Source: a candidate division WOR-3 bacterium (GTDB taxonomy: Bacteria > Hydrothermota > Tepidihabitantia > Tepidihabitantales > Tepidihabitantaceae). Taken from it: a DNA stretch of 64,000 nt. The position numbers were made by a program, and so were the translations under genes. This document shows positions 53,359 to 61,063 of this stretch, in pieces; position 1 is the first letter of the stretch; every line of letters starts with the position of its first letter. The notes under the pieces are model-generated. The model was not told the origin of the DNA, ran no database searches, and saw only the letters and a program-made list of their open reading frames with translations. Where the stretch lies: assembly GCA_965649205.1 (NCBI GenBank), contig CBFGJV010000009.1:1-64000 (forward strand). Reading direction: 5' to 3'.

Positions 53359-54618
53359 ATGTCCATCACAGCTTCCGGCCGACCAATTCGCAGGGCGGCG
53401 GTCATAACCATCGGCTGTAGACTCAACCAGGCCGAAAGCGACATACTGCGAGGTCGTCTGCGCCATGCCGGTTGGCTTCTGGCTAACAACCCGGCCGAAT
53501 CTGAAGTCTGCTACATCAACACATGCACTGTCACGGCTGCAGCCGACCGCTCTTCTCTGCAGATGATACACCGCATATGCCGACGGGAACCCAAACCTCA
53601 AGTGGTTGTGCTAGGCTGTCTGGCAGAAAGAGTTCCGGAAAAGTTACGTTCCCTCCCGGGCGTAGATGAGGTGTGGAGCCAGCGGCAAAAACAGAACGAA
53701 TTGGCTGGCTTTCATCCTTTTCCCGCGCGCAGCCGTGCCCTCCTCAAAGTGCAGGATGGTTGTGATAGAAAATGTTCCTACTGCGTTGTGGCGGGACTGA
53801 GAGGTCAACCGCTTTCAATAGAAAGCCAAGAAATACTCGCCCGACTTGATCAACTGCTGGACGAAGGATTCTGTGAAATCGTACTGACGGGCCTGAATCT
53901 GGGTCTGTACCGCGACAGTTCCGGAGCCGACCTCGCCGGTCTTCTCCGAACTGTATGCAAACATCTGGACAAAAGGAGGAGCCCGGCCAGAATCAGACTT
54001 GGCTCTCTTGAACCGGATACCATGACAGAAGAGCTGATACACACCTGTGGAGAACCGCGCATCGCTCCCCATTTTCATCTGGCCCTGCAGTCTGGTGACG
54101 ACCGTGTCCTGGCAGCTGCCGGTCGCCGCTACCGTTGCGAGCATGTCCGCAAACTGGTGAAATCTCTGTACAAAGTCCGCCCGGATGCCAACCTCGGTCT
54201 GGACGTAATCGCCGGGCTGCCGCAAGAAGACGACGCGGCCTTTGCCCGAACGGTAGAATTCCTACAAGAATTGGCCCCCGGCTACCTGCATGTTTTCTCC
54301 TTTTCTCCTCGCCCGGGAACACCGGCAGCCCTGCGAAACGACATCGCGCCAGCAGGGGAAAAGAAAGAGCGAGTCCGCCTCCTGCGTCAGATAAGCGCAG
54401 AATTCAGGAAAGCCTACCAGGCTCGTTTCATCGGTAAGATACGTAGCGCAGTGGTCGAATCCCGCACCAGTGCGCTCAGCGATAATTATCTGAAACTAAC
54501 TCTGACCGGATTCTGCGCCGAACGAAAAAGCCTGATAGAGGTTCTGCTCTGCGCAGAACAGGGCCGCTTGATAGGACGACAGGCCAAGCCGGACACAAGC
54601 CACAAGGAGGTTGCGTGA
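53359..54618 (+). CDS. mtaB: Radical SAM methylthiotransferase, MtaB-like
   Basis: TIGCRLNQAES, INTCTVT..A, KVQDGCDRKCSYC, HLALQSG, HVFSFSPRPGTPA. Confidence 0.85.
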   Translation: MSITASGRPIRRAAVITIGCRLNQAESDILRGRLRHAGWLLANNPAESEVCYINTCTVTAAADRSSLQMIHRICRREPKPQVVVLGCLAERVPEKLRSLPGVDEVWSQRQKQNELAGFHPFPARSRALLKVQDGCDRKCSYCVVAGLRGQPLSIESQEILARLDQLLDEGFCEIVLTGLNLGLYRDSSGADLAGLLRTVCKHLDKRRSPARIRLGSLEPDTMTEELIHTCGEPRIAPHFHLALQSGDDRVLAAAGRRYRCEHVRKLVKSLYKVRPDANLGLDVIAGLPQEDDAAFARTVEFLQELAPGYLHVFSFSPRPGTPAALRNDIAPAGEKKERVRLLRQISAEFRKAYQARFIGKIRSAVVESRTSALSDNYLKLTLTGFCAERKSLIEVLLCAEQGRLIGRQAKPDTSHKEVA

Positions 54619-55568
54619 ATCGCCGTCAACTGCTCCTCTGCCTGACCTTGGCTCTCACTGCCTGGGCAGCAGCCAAAGAATACAAAATAGGCTACATTGA
54701 CTCAGAGGCTATAATCTCCCGCTACCAGGGTGCGATAGAAGCAAAGAAAGAGCTGGAGGCCGAAATCGAAAAATTCCGCCTTCAGGCAGAGTCTTTACGC
54801 ACCGACTACGAAAAAGCTCTGGAAGAGTACAAGTCGCAGGAACTCACCCTCTCTGAAGAAGGCAAACGGGCTAAACAAGCAGACCTGGAACAGCGCAAGA
54901 AACGTTACGATGCGTTTCTGGAACAGGTTTATCGCGAAGGCGGCAAGATAGACCAGAAAAACAAGGAATTGATCGCTCCAATTGTGGAACGTATCAATGC
55001 CACCGTCAATAAACTGGCCGCGGAAGAAGGGTATGCTCTGGTCCTGGATGCATCAAAGTCGGAAATAGTTTATGCCCAACCTGGACTGGACCTGACCGAG
55101 CTGGTAATAGCCGAACTGAATCGGGAATACGCCCCTACCACACAGACAGCAAAACGCAAGGCAGTCTATGTAATCACATTCCCCTACGAAACCAACGACG
55201 AAGCTAGGCAGGACAGAATCGGCTATCAGGTAAGGCAGTTTTGTTATGAGCTGGTCCGCGCCCAGCCCAACACCGATGTCCTGGGACTGGTGAAAGTGGA
55301 CGAAATCGTACAGAGCCGGGGTTTTTCCGGTCGACTGCTGAACCAGCAGGAAGCAGTGGAAATCGGTCGAGCTCTGGATGCCAACTTCGTTTTCTTCGGC
55401 CAGTGTTCCAAGCAGGACCGCAAAATATCGTTTTCTCTCTCCCTGGTAGATGCAAAACTGGGCACGTTCGTAAGAACCGAAACAGGCGAAACAAACCGGA
55501 TAGAGGATTTGCGAGAGCAGGTGGCGAGAGTGGTCCAGATTCTCATGACCAGTGCCAGTAACCAGTAG
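54615..55568 (+). CDS. OmpH/Skp periplasmic chaperone fused to a C-terminal alpha/beta domain
   Basis: Signal peptide, KIGYID, long coiled coil and GY.LVLD...IVYA...DLT (Skp signature), followed by ~140 extra aa. Confidence 0.8.
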   Translation: MNRRQLLLCLTLALTAWAAAKEYKIGYIDSEAIISRYQGAIEAKKELEAEIEKFRLQAESLRTDYEKALEEYKSQELTLSEEGKRAKQADLEQRKKRYDAFLEQVYREGGKIDQKNKELIAPIVERINATVNKLAAEEGYALVLDASKSEIVYAQPGLDLTELVIAELNREYAPTTQTAKRKAVYVITFPYETNDEARQDRIGYQVRQFCYELVRAQPNTDVLGLVKVDEIVQSRGFSGRLLNQQEAVEIGRALDANFVFFGQCSKQDRKISFSLSLVDAKLGTFVRTETGETNRIEDLREQVARVVQILMTSASNQ

Positions 55569-55600
55569 CTCGTACCATGCACGAAGGTAAAACCCAAATA

Positions 55601-56023
55601 ATGAATCGGGAAGAAATCAAACAGTTTCTGCCCCATCGCGAGCCATTTCTTTTCGTCGATGCGGTTACGCGGTTAGAACCTAACAGCATAGAGGCATATC
55701 GTGACTGGCACCCCGAAGAATTCTTTTTTGCAGGACATTTTCCCGGCAATCCAGTGCTTCCCGGCGTACTGATGGTCGAAGCCATAGCCCAGACCGGTAT
55801 CCTGCTTGTGCTTCTGCAACACGAAGAACGCAGAGGAAGAAATACCCTTTTCGCTGCTATCGAAAAGGTACGTTTCCGGCGCATAGTCAGACCGGGCGAA
55901 CGTCTGCTTCTGACCGCAGAGCTGCTGGGCGGCAAGGCAGGCGTATACAAAATTCATGGCACTGCTGCAGTCAACACCGAACTTGCCTGTGAAGCAACCG
56001 TGACCGGAGCATTGCGAGACTGA
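55601..56023 (+). CDS. fabZ: 3-hydroxyacyl-ACP dehydratase
   Basis: LPHREPFLFVD, FAGHFPG.PVLPGVL.VEA.AQ, FRRIVRPGE. The start could instead be 55577. Confidence 0.94.
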   Translation: MNREEIKQFLPHREPFLFVDAVTRLEPNSIEAYRDWHPEEFFFAGHFPGNPVLPGVLMVEAIAQTGILLVLLQHEERRGRNTLFAAIEKVRFRRIVRPGERLLLTAELLGGKAGVYKIHGTAAVNTELACEATVTGALRD

Positions 56024-56045
56024 CCCATATCTGATTCAGCACGCC

Positions 56046-57344
56046 TTGAACTACGCTCAGGCACTAGAATTCCTCGAACAACTTGTCAACTACGAAAAAA
56101 AGCCCGCTCCCAGGACAGAATTCAAACTGGAGAATATCCGCCAGCTGCTGCACTCTGCCGGCGACCCTCAGAAGAAACTTAAGAATGTGGTGCTCGTCGC
56201 TGGAACCAAGGGCAAGGGGTCAGTCTGTTACATGCTGGAGGCGGCTCTGCGAGGATGCGGATTGCACACCGGCCTTTTCGTCTCGCCTCACGTACTCACC
56301 GTGCGGGAAAGAATACAACTGGCCGGCAGTCCTATCTCCCCGCAACAATTTGCTTCCTTAGTGGAACATTTTCGCCCTTTGGTCAAGCAGACCAGCGTGA
56401 GCTACTTTGAACTGACCACAGCCATGGCTTTTGAGCTATTTGCGCAGACGCAACCTGATTATACCATTCTGGAAGTTGGACTCGGCGGCAGACTGGACGC
56501 CACCAATGTGTCTGAACCGGACGTATCGGTAATAACGCGCATCGGACTGGACCACGTGCAGGTACTGGGTAACTCCATCCGCAAAATCGCCCGGGAAAAA
56601 GCTGGGATTATGAGAGCACAGAAACCAGCTATCATCGCCGCCCAGGCACCTGCCGCTGCTCAGGAACTTCGTCTCTGCGCGCGCAAAGTCGGCTCCGAAA
56701 TCATCACCGCAACCGAACAGGTCCGCATCTGGGATGTTGAACCCGAAGGCAATGGCATCAGTTTTTCCCTGCTGTCACCCCTGGGAGCCTGTCGCCTGAC
56801 GCTGCCGCTACTAGGAAAGCACCAGGTGGAAAACTGTGCAACCGTACTGGCTACACTGGCAACCCTGGCTCGCGGCGACAAACGTATCAAGTTGGAAGGA
56901 GTGGTGGCCGGCCTAACCAAAGTGCAGATTCCTGCTCGTTGCCAGATAGTCCAACAGGAACCCACTATGATAGTTGACTCCTGCCACAATCCTGATTCCG
57001 GCCGCGCTCTGGCAGAAGTCATAGCCTCCTACTTCCGTCGCAAAGTCATCTTAGTCTTCGGCTCCCTGCGCGGCAAGCTGGTAACAAAAACCGTCGCCCC
57101 TCTCGCTCCTTGGACCGAACAGGCGGTACTGGTGCAACCCTGCTCCCCCCGGGCAGAGCAATTGTCTGTTCTCAAACAGGTATTCAGCCGCCTGGGCATT
57201 AAACATGTGACTGCTCCGGCCATCCCCCTTGCGCTTGAAACCGCCGAGTCGCTCTCCCAGGGAGAAATACCGATTGTGGTGGCTGGTTCCTTTTACCTTG
57301 CCGGTGAAGTGCTGTCTGCACTAGGACATTCTCCACCCGAATGA
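56046..57344 (+). CDS. folC: Folylpolyglutamate synthase / dihydrofolate synthase
   Basis: VAGTKGKGS, SPH...RERI, FELTT, EVGLGGRLDATN, IAREKAGI, HNP, GSFYLAGE. Confidence 0.95.
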   Translation: MNYAQALEFLEQLVNYEKKPAPRTEFKLENIRQLLHSAGDPQKKLKNVVLVAGTKGKGSVCYMLEAALRGCGLHTGLFVSPHVLTVRERIQLAGSPISPQQFASLVEHFRPLVKQTSVSYFELTTAMAFELFAQTQPDYTILEVGLGGRLDATNVSEPDVSVITRIGLDHVQVLGNSIRKIAREKAGIMRAQKPAIIAAQAPAAAQELRLCARKVGSEIITATEQVRIWDVEPEGNGISFSLLSPLGACRLTLPLLGKHQVENCATVLATLATLARGDKRIKLEGVVAGLTKVQIPARCQIVQQEPTMIVDSCHNPDSGRALAEVIASYFRRKVILVFGSLRGKLVTKTVAPLAPWTEQAVLVQPCSPRAEQLSVLKQVFSRLGIKHVTAPAIPLALETAESLSQGEIPIVVAGSFYLAGEVLSALGHSPPE

Positions 57345-57435
57345 CACCCCTACAAATACGTCGAACTGATTCCCTGACTTATGCTGATATATCAAGATAT
57401 TGCAACCTGGCTGCTCCTGCTTATTATTTAGCCCC

Positions 57436-58752
57436 ATGACTGACCAAACTGATTCCCGCGGCCCCTTGCCACCGTTTCGCGGCTGGCAACCGCACCTCCG
57501 CACCAATCCGCCTAATCCCCTCCGACCGCTCCTGCTTGCTGGCGCTGTTATTCTGGTTGTTACTGCCCTTGTAGTTCTCTTCGTTCTGCTTGCCCTCCCC
57601 CGGCCTGTGCCGAAAAAACCTGTACCCGAGGCACAACCGGTGACAGCCGAATCTTCCCGCAGCTTTGCCGTGGCGCCGGGAGAAGTAATGCCCCAGCTGC
57701 TACGTCGTGCCGGACTGCTCGAACCCGCTGCTGGCCATATTATTCAGGCTCTACAACTCGCCGATTTCAACTTCCGCCGCATGAAGCCCGGTGATTCGCT
57801 TGTTCTGTTCTTCCGCAACGATACGCTCTTCCGCGTACACTACCGGCAGGGCTACGAAAAGATTTACCGAATAGACCTGGACTCTGCCGGCTACCGCGTC
57901 TCAATACCTCTACGCTTCATCACCACCGTTCAAGACACTCTGCTCGGAGCAATCAAATCCAGTCTTTATGAGTCAATGACAGCCTTGGGCGAACGACCGG
58001 CCCTGGTCGCAGATTATACGGACATATTCGGGTGGGAACTTGACTTCTTCTCCGAAGTCCAGGAAGGCGATTCCTTTGCCATACTCTTTGAGCGCCGTCT
58101 GGCAGACTCCGCTTTTGTAGGCTACGGTCCCATTCTTGCTGCCCGCTACAAAGGCCAGGTGGGCGACCTTTGGGGATTCCGCTTCACTGATCCGGAAGGC
58201 CGCACCGACTATTACAACCCTGAGGGCCAATGTCTGCGCAAGACATCCCTCAAATCTCCGCTGCAGTTTTCCCGCATCAGCTCGTTTTTCGGGCGTCGTT
58301 TCCACCCTATCCGTCGCATCCCGGCCCAACACCAGGGTATAGATTACGCAGCACCCAAAGGTACCCCTGTCAGCTGCGTAGCCGATGGCCGCATCAGCTC
58401 TGTTGGCTGGTCCGGCGGCTACGGCCGGCTGGTAGTAGTCACCCACGCCGGTGGGTTTGAAACCCGCTACGGACATCTATCCGGATTTGCTAAAGGTGTA
58501 AAAGCAGGTGCATCGGTAAAACAAGGACAACTAATCGGCTATGTAGGCTCTACCGGCATGTCCACAGGTCCACACCTGCACTACGAAGTCAGAAAATCCG
58601 GTTCTCCGGTAAATCCTCTACGTCTGGACCCGCCACGCCACGAGCCGGTGAAACCTGCCTTCTTCAATTCTTTCCGCGCTGTGGTCGACTCACTCCGTCC
58701 TGCCCTGACCCTGTCCGTGCCGCCGCCACCACCAGACCCAACACCTCACTAG
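57436..58752 (+). CDS. Membrane-anchored M23 family peptidase, paralogue of 43823-45109
   Basis: HQGIDYAAP.GTP, YGHLS, STGPHLHYE. Start placed at ATG 57436, just after promoter TTGCAA-16-TATTAT (57400-57427). Confidence 0.92.
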   Translation: MTDQTDSRGPLPPFRGWQPHLRTNPPNPLRPLLLAGAVILVVTALVVLFVLLALPRPVPKKPVPEAQPVTAESSRSFAVAPGEVMPQLLRRAGLLEPAAGHIIQALQLADFNFRRMKPGDSLVLFFRNDTLFRVHYRQGYEKIYRIDLDSAGYRVSIPLRFITTVQDTLLGAIKSSLYESMTALGERPALVADYTDIFGWELDFFSEVQEGDSFAILFERRLADSAFVGYGPILAARYKGQVGDLWGFRFTDPEGRTDYYNPEGQCLRKTSLKSPLQFSRISSFFGRRFHPIRRIPAQHQGIDYAAPKGTPVSCVADGRISSVGWSGGYGRLVVVTHAGGFETRYGHLSGFAKGVKAGASVKQGQLIGYVGSTGMSTGPHLHYEVRKSGSPVNPLRLDPPRHEPVKPAFFNSFRAVVDSLRPALTLSVPPPPPDPTPH

Positions 58753-59455
58753 CCCCACCTGCAAGCAGACACTTCCCGGCTGCGTTCAGCGTGGCCCCGG
58801 TTGTCATCACATCATCTACCAGCACTATTCTTTTCCCTTGCACCTCTGCGCCAGGCTGCAGACAAAACGCTCGCTCCACATTCTGGCGCCGGGCTTCATC
58901 ATCCGCCAGCCCTGTCTGGCTCCTTGTGTTCCTCACCCGACGTAAAAACTCCGCCACAGGCTTACCCATATGCTGGCCCACCTCCCGCGCCAGAAGCCAC
59001 GATTGATTGTAACCCCGCTCCCGTCTCCGCGCCGGATGCAGGGGAATCGGACATAGGATATCGACGCGCGCCAGTTCTGTGTCCTGCTCAGCCAGCGCTG
59101 CCAGTGCTTCTCCCAGAGGTCGGGCCAGAACTGTCTTCTCGCCATACTTAAGCTCATGTACCAGATGCAAAAACGGAACCTCATAACATCCCAGGGCCCG
59201 CACCCGGGAAACGCAAAAGTCCACCTGACAACGACCACAACCCTCAGAAGCGTCAACACAGGGTCGGCCACACCCTGGGCATACATCCAGCTCACTTGTC
59301 AGCAGAAGCAGCCGGCAATGGTCACAGAGCAGTCCCTCCTCTATCTCCTCCTCACAACCGAAACACACCCGTGGAAACAGAAAATCCGCCAGCGACCGTA
59401 CCAGAAAGCGGCAGGGATTCAGGACGTGAGAATGCAACCGGAAAGAGAAGCGCAA
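58664..59455 (-). CDS. comF: ComF family protein (zinc ribbon plus PRTase domain)
   Basis: LFPRVC..C, CPGCG..CGRC, PIPLH..R..RGYNQS, LVDDVMTTGATL. Start uncertain. Confidence 0.92.
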   Translation of the reverse strand: MRFSFRLHSHVLNPCRFLVRSLADFLFPRVCFGCEEEIEEGLLCDHCRLLLLTSELDVCPGCGRPCVDASEGCGRCQVDFCVSRVRALGCYEVPFLHLVHELKYGEKTVLARPLGEALAALAEQDTELARVDILCPIPLHPARRRERGYNQSWLLAREVGQHMGKPVAEFLRRVRNTRSQTGLADDEARRQNVERAFCLQPGAEVQGKRIVLVDDVMTTGATLNAAGKCLLAGGASEVLGLVVAAARTGSGQDGVSRPQRGKN

Positions 59456-59484
59456 AAACGCCAGCTGGTCAGGAACCTATTGTT

Positions 59485-60285
59485 TCAACGCATTCTGCCC
59501 TCTGATTTGGGCTTGTTTCCCGCTCGCCCCCTGCGCAGACACACGACAAGCATAACCACACCCACAGCGGTCAACCCCAGGGCTACTACCTGATTGCCCC
59601 AAAAATTAGACGAATTCTCGTAGTACCGCACAAAGTCAATCCCGAACCGGAATACCGAGTACAGAATGAGTATGGTGGCAAATAACACCCCGTCCTTCAG
59701 CCGACGCCGTTCCAGCCACAGGGCAATGGCAAATAAAATAAACCCGGCTGCAGAGGAATAAAGCTGGGTTGGATGTATGTGCTGGGACGGAAAGGTGTAT
59801 CCCGCGGGCGAATCTGGCGGAAACACAATGCCCGTCGGACACGCAGTCGGCTTGCCAAAGCAGCAACCATTCAGAAAACATCCTATTCTCGTGAACCCCT
59901 CACCCAGCACGATGGCAGGCGCGATGGCGTCCATCATCTTCAGAAGCGGGAGCTTCTTTGCCCACACGTACACCAGTCCGGCGATAATACCGCCAAGGAA
60001 TCCGCCATAGAACATCAATCCGGCCAGCCCGCCCCGCCAGAAAGCGATGATGCCGATCAGGTCATCCTTGAACTCCTCCCAGTGGAACGCCACGTAGAAC
60101 AACCGGGAACCCAGCACGACAGCCACCAGAATCCACAGCGCCAGGTCGGTGATGTACTGGGCCGGCACACCGAATCGCCTGGCCCTGCGTTCCACCAGCC
60201 AGATGCCCACAAGGAACGAAATGAACAGCATCAAGCCGTAGGAATAGATATGAATGTCGCCGAGTTTCAGAATAGTGGGAAACAC
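59485..60285 (-). CDS. lgt: Prolipoprotein diacylglyceryl transferase
   Basis: YSYGLM, GSRLFY, GLMFYGG, RIGCFLNGCCFG, HPTQLY, RFGIDFVR; promoter TTGACA-16-TAGCAT at 60319-60292. Confidence 0.94.
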   Translation of the reverse strand: MFPTILKLGDIHIYSYGLMLFISFLVGIWLVERRARRFGVPAQYITDLALWILVAVVLGSRLFYVAFHWEEFKDDLIGIIAFWRGGLAGLMFYGGFLGGIIAGLVYVWAKKLPLLKMMDAIAPAIVLGEGFTRIGCFLNGCCFGKPTACPTGIVFPPDSPAGYTFPSQHIHPTQLYSSAAGFILFAIALWLERRRLKDGVLFATILILYSVFRFGIDFVRYYENSSNFWGNQVVALGLTAVGVVMLVVCLRRGRAGNKPKSEGRMR

Positions 60286-60541
60286 GCCTCTATGCTAGAA
60301 CCGAATCGCTCACTGTCAAGAAAATCGGCAGTTGAGCGTTTTTCCAGAAATACACCGTGGTTATAGGCCCGCAGCCTCTTCAGCAGAGCGTCCTGCCGCT
60401 GATCAGCGGGCAAGTACTATCTTCTGCACCGAGCCTGACTTCTGCCCGGCCGGCACAAGAAAGTACACACCCGCAGACCTGTTACCCAGGGTGAACGTCT
60501 CCTGGCCGGCAGGAACGAAAAACATCAGAATTGAGCTAACG

Positions 60542-61015
60542 CTATTCCGACTCGTCTGGTACCAGACGGACCTCCAAGCCGGCTTCGGCGAGGAGCTGGC
60601 GGCTCAACTGGTCTGGGTAGAACTCAGCCACCACAAACTCCCTGATGCCCGCATTCACCAGCATCTTGGCACAGGTGATACACGGCTCGTGCGTACAGTA
60701 CAGCGTAGCGCCAGACACGTTTATTCCGAAAGAAGCCGCCTGCACCAGAGCGTTCTGCTCTGCATGAATACCGCGGCATATCTCAATGCGCTCGCCTGGC
60801 GGGATGCCCCTCTGTTCCCGCAGACAACCAAGTTCAAAACAGTGTGCCAATCCGTGTGGCACGCCGTTGTAACCGGTACAGAGTATCCGCTTATCCCGCA
60901 CCAACACCGCCCCTACTTGTCTCCTTAAACAAGTGGAACGCTCGCTCACCAGCCGGCAGATGTCCATAAAATAGCGGTCCCAGGATTTACGCTTCACCTT
61001 GCTTGCGTCAGTCAC
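60542..61015 (-). CDS. Deoxycytidylate deaminase (ComEB-like) zinc deaminase
   Basis: [32 protein letters not shown]. Confidence 0.92.
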   Translation of the reverse strand: MTDASKVKRKSWDRYFMDICRLVSERSTCLRRQVGAVLVRDKRILCTGYNGVPHGLAHCFELGCLREQRGIPPGERIEICRGIHAEQNALVQAASFGINVSGATLYCTHEPCITCAKMLVNAGIREFVVAEFYPDQLSRQLLAEAGLEVRLVPDESE

Positions 61016-61063
61016 CTAACTCAAGTCCTGTCACTGTGCTGCACCTGTATCCCTTCCTACGTC

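Noticed and set aside
60330..60540. GC-rich short palindromes (GCTGATCAGC, GCCGGC repeats) between lgt and the deaminase gene
   Set aside because: Too short and irregular to support a repeat, terminator or RNA call.
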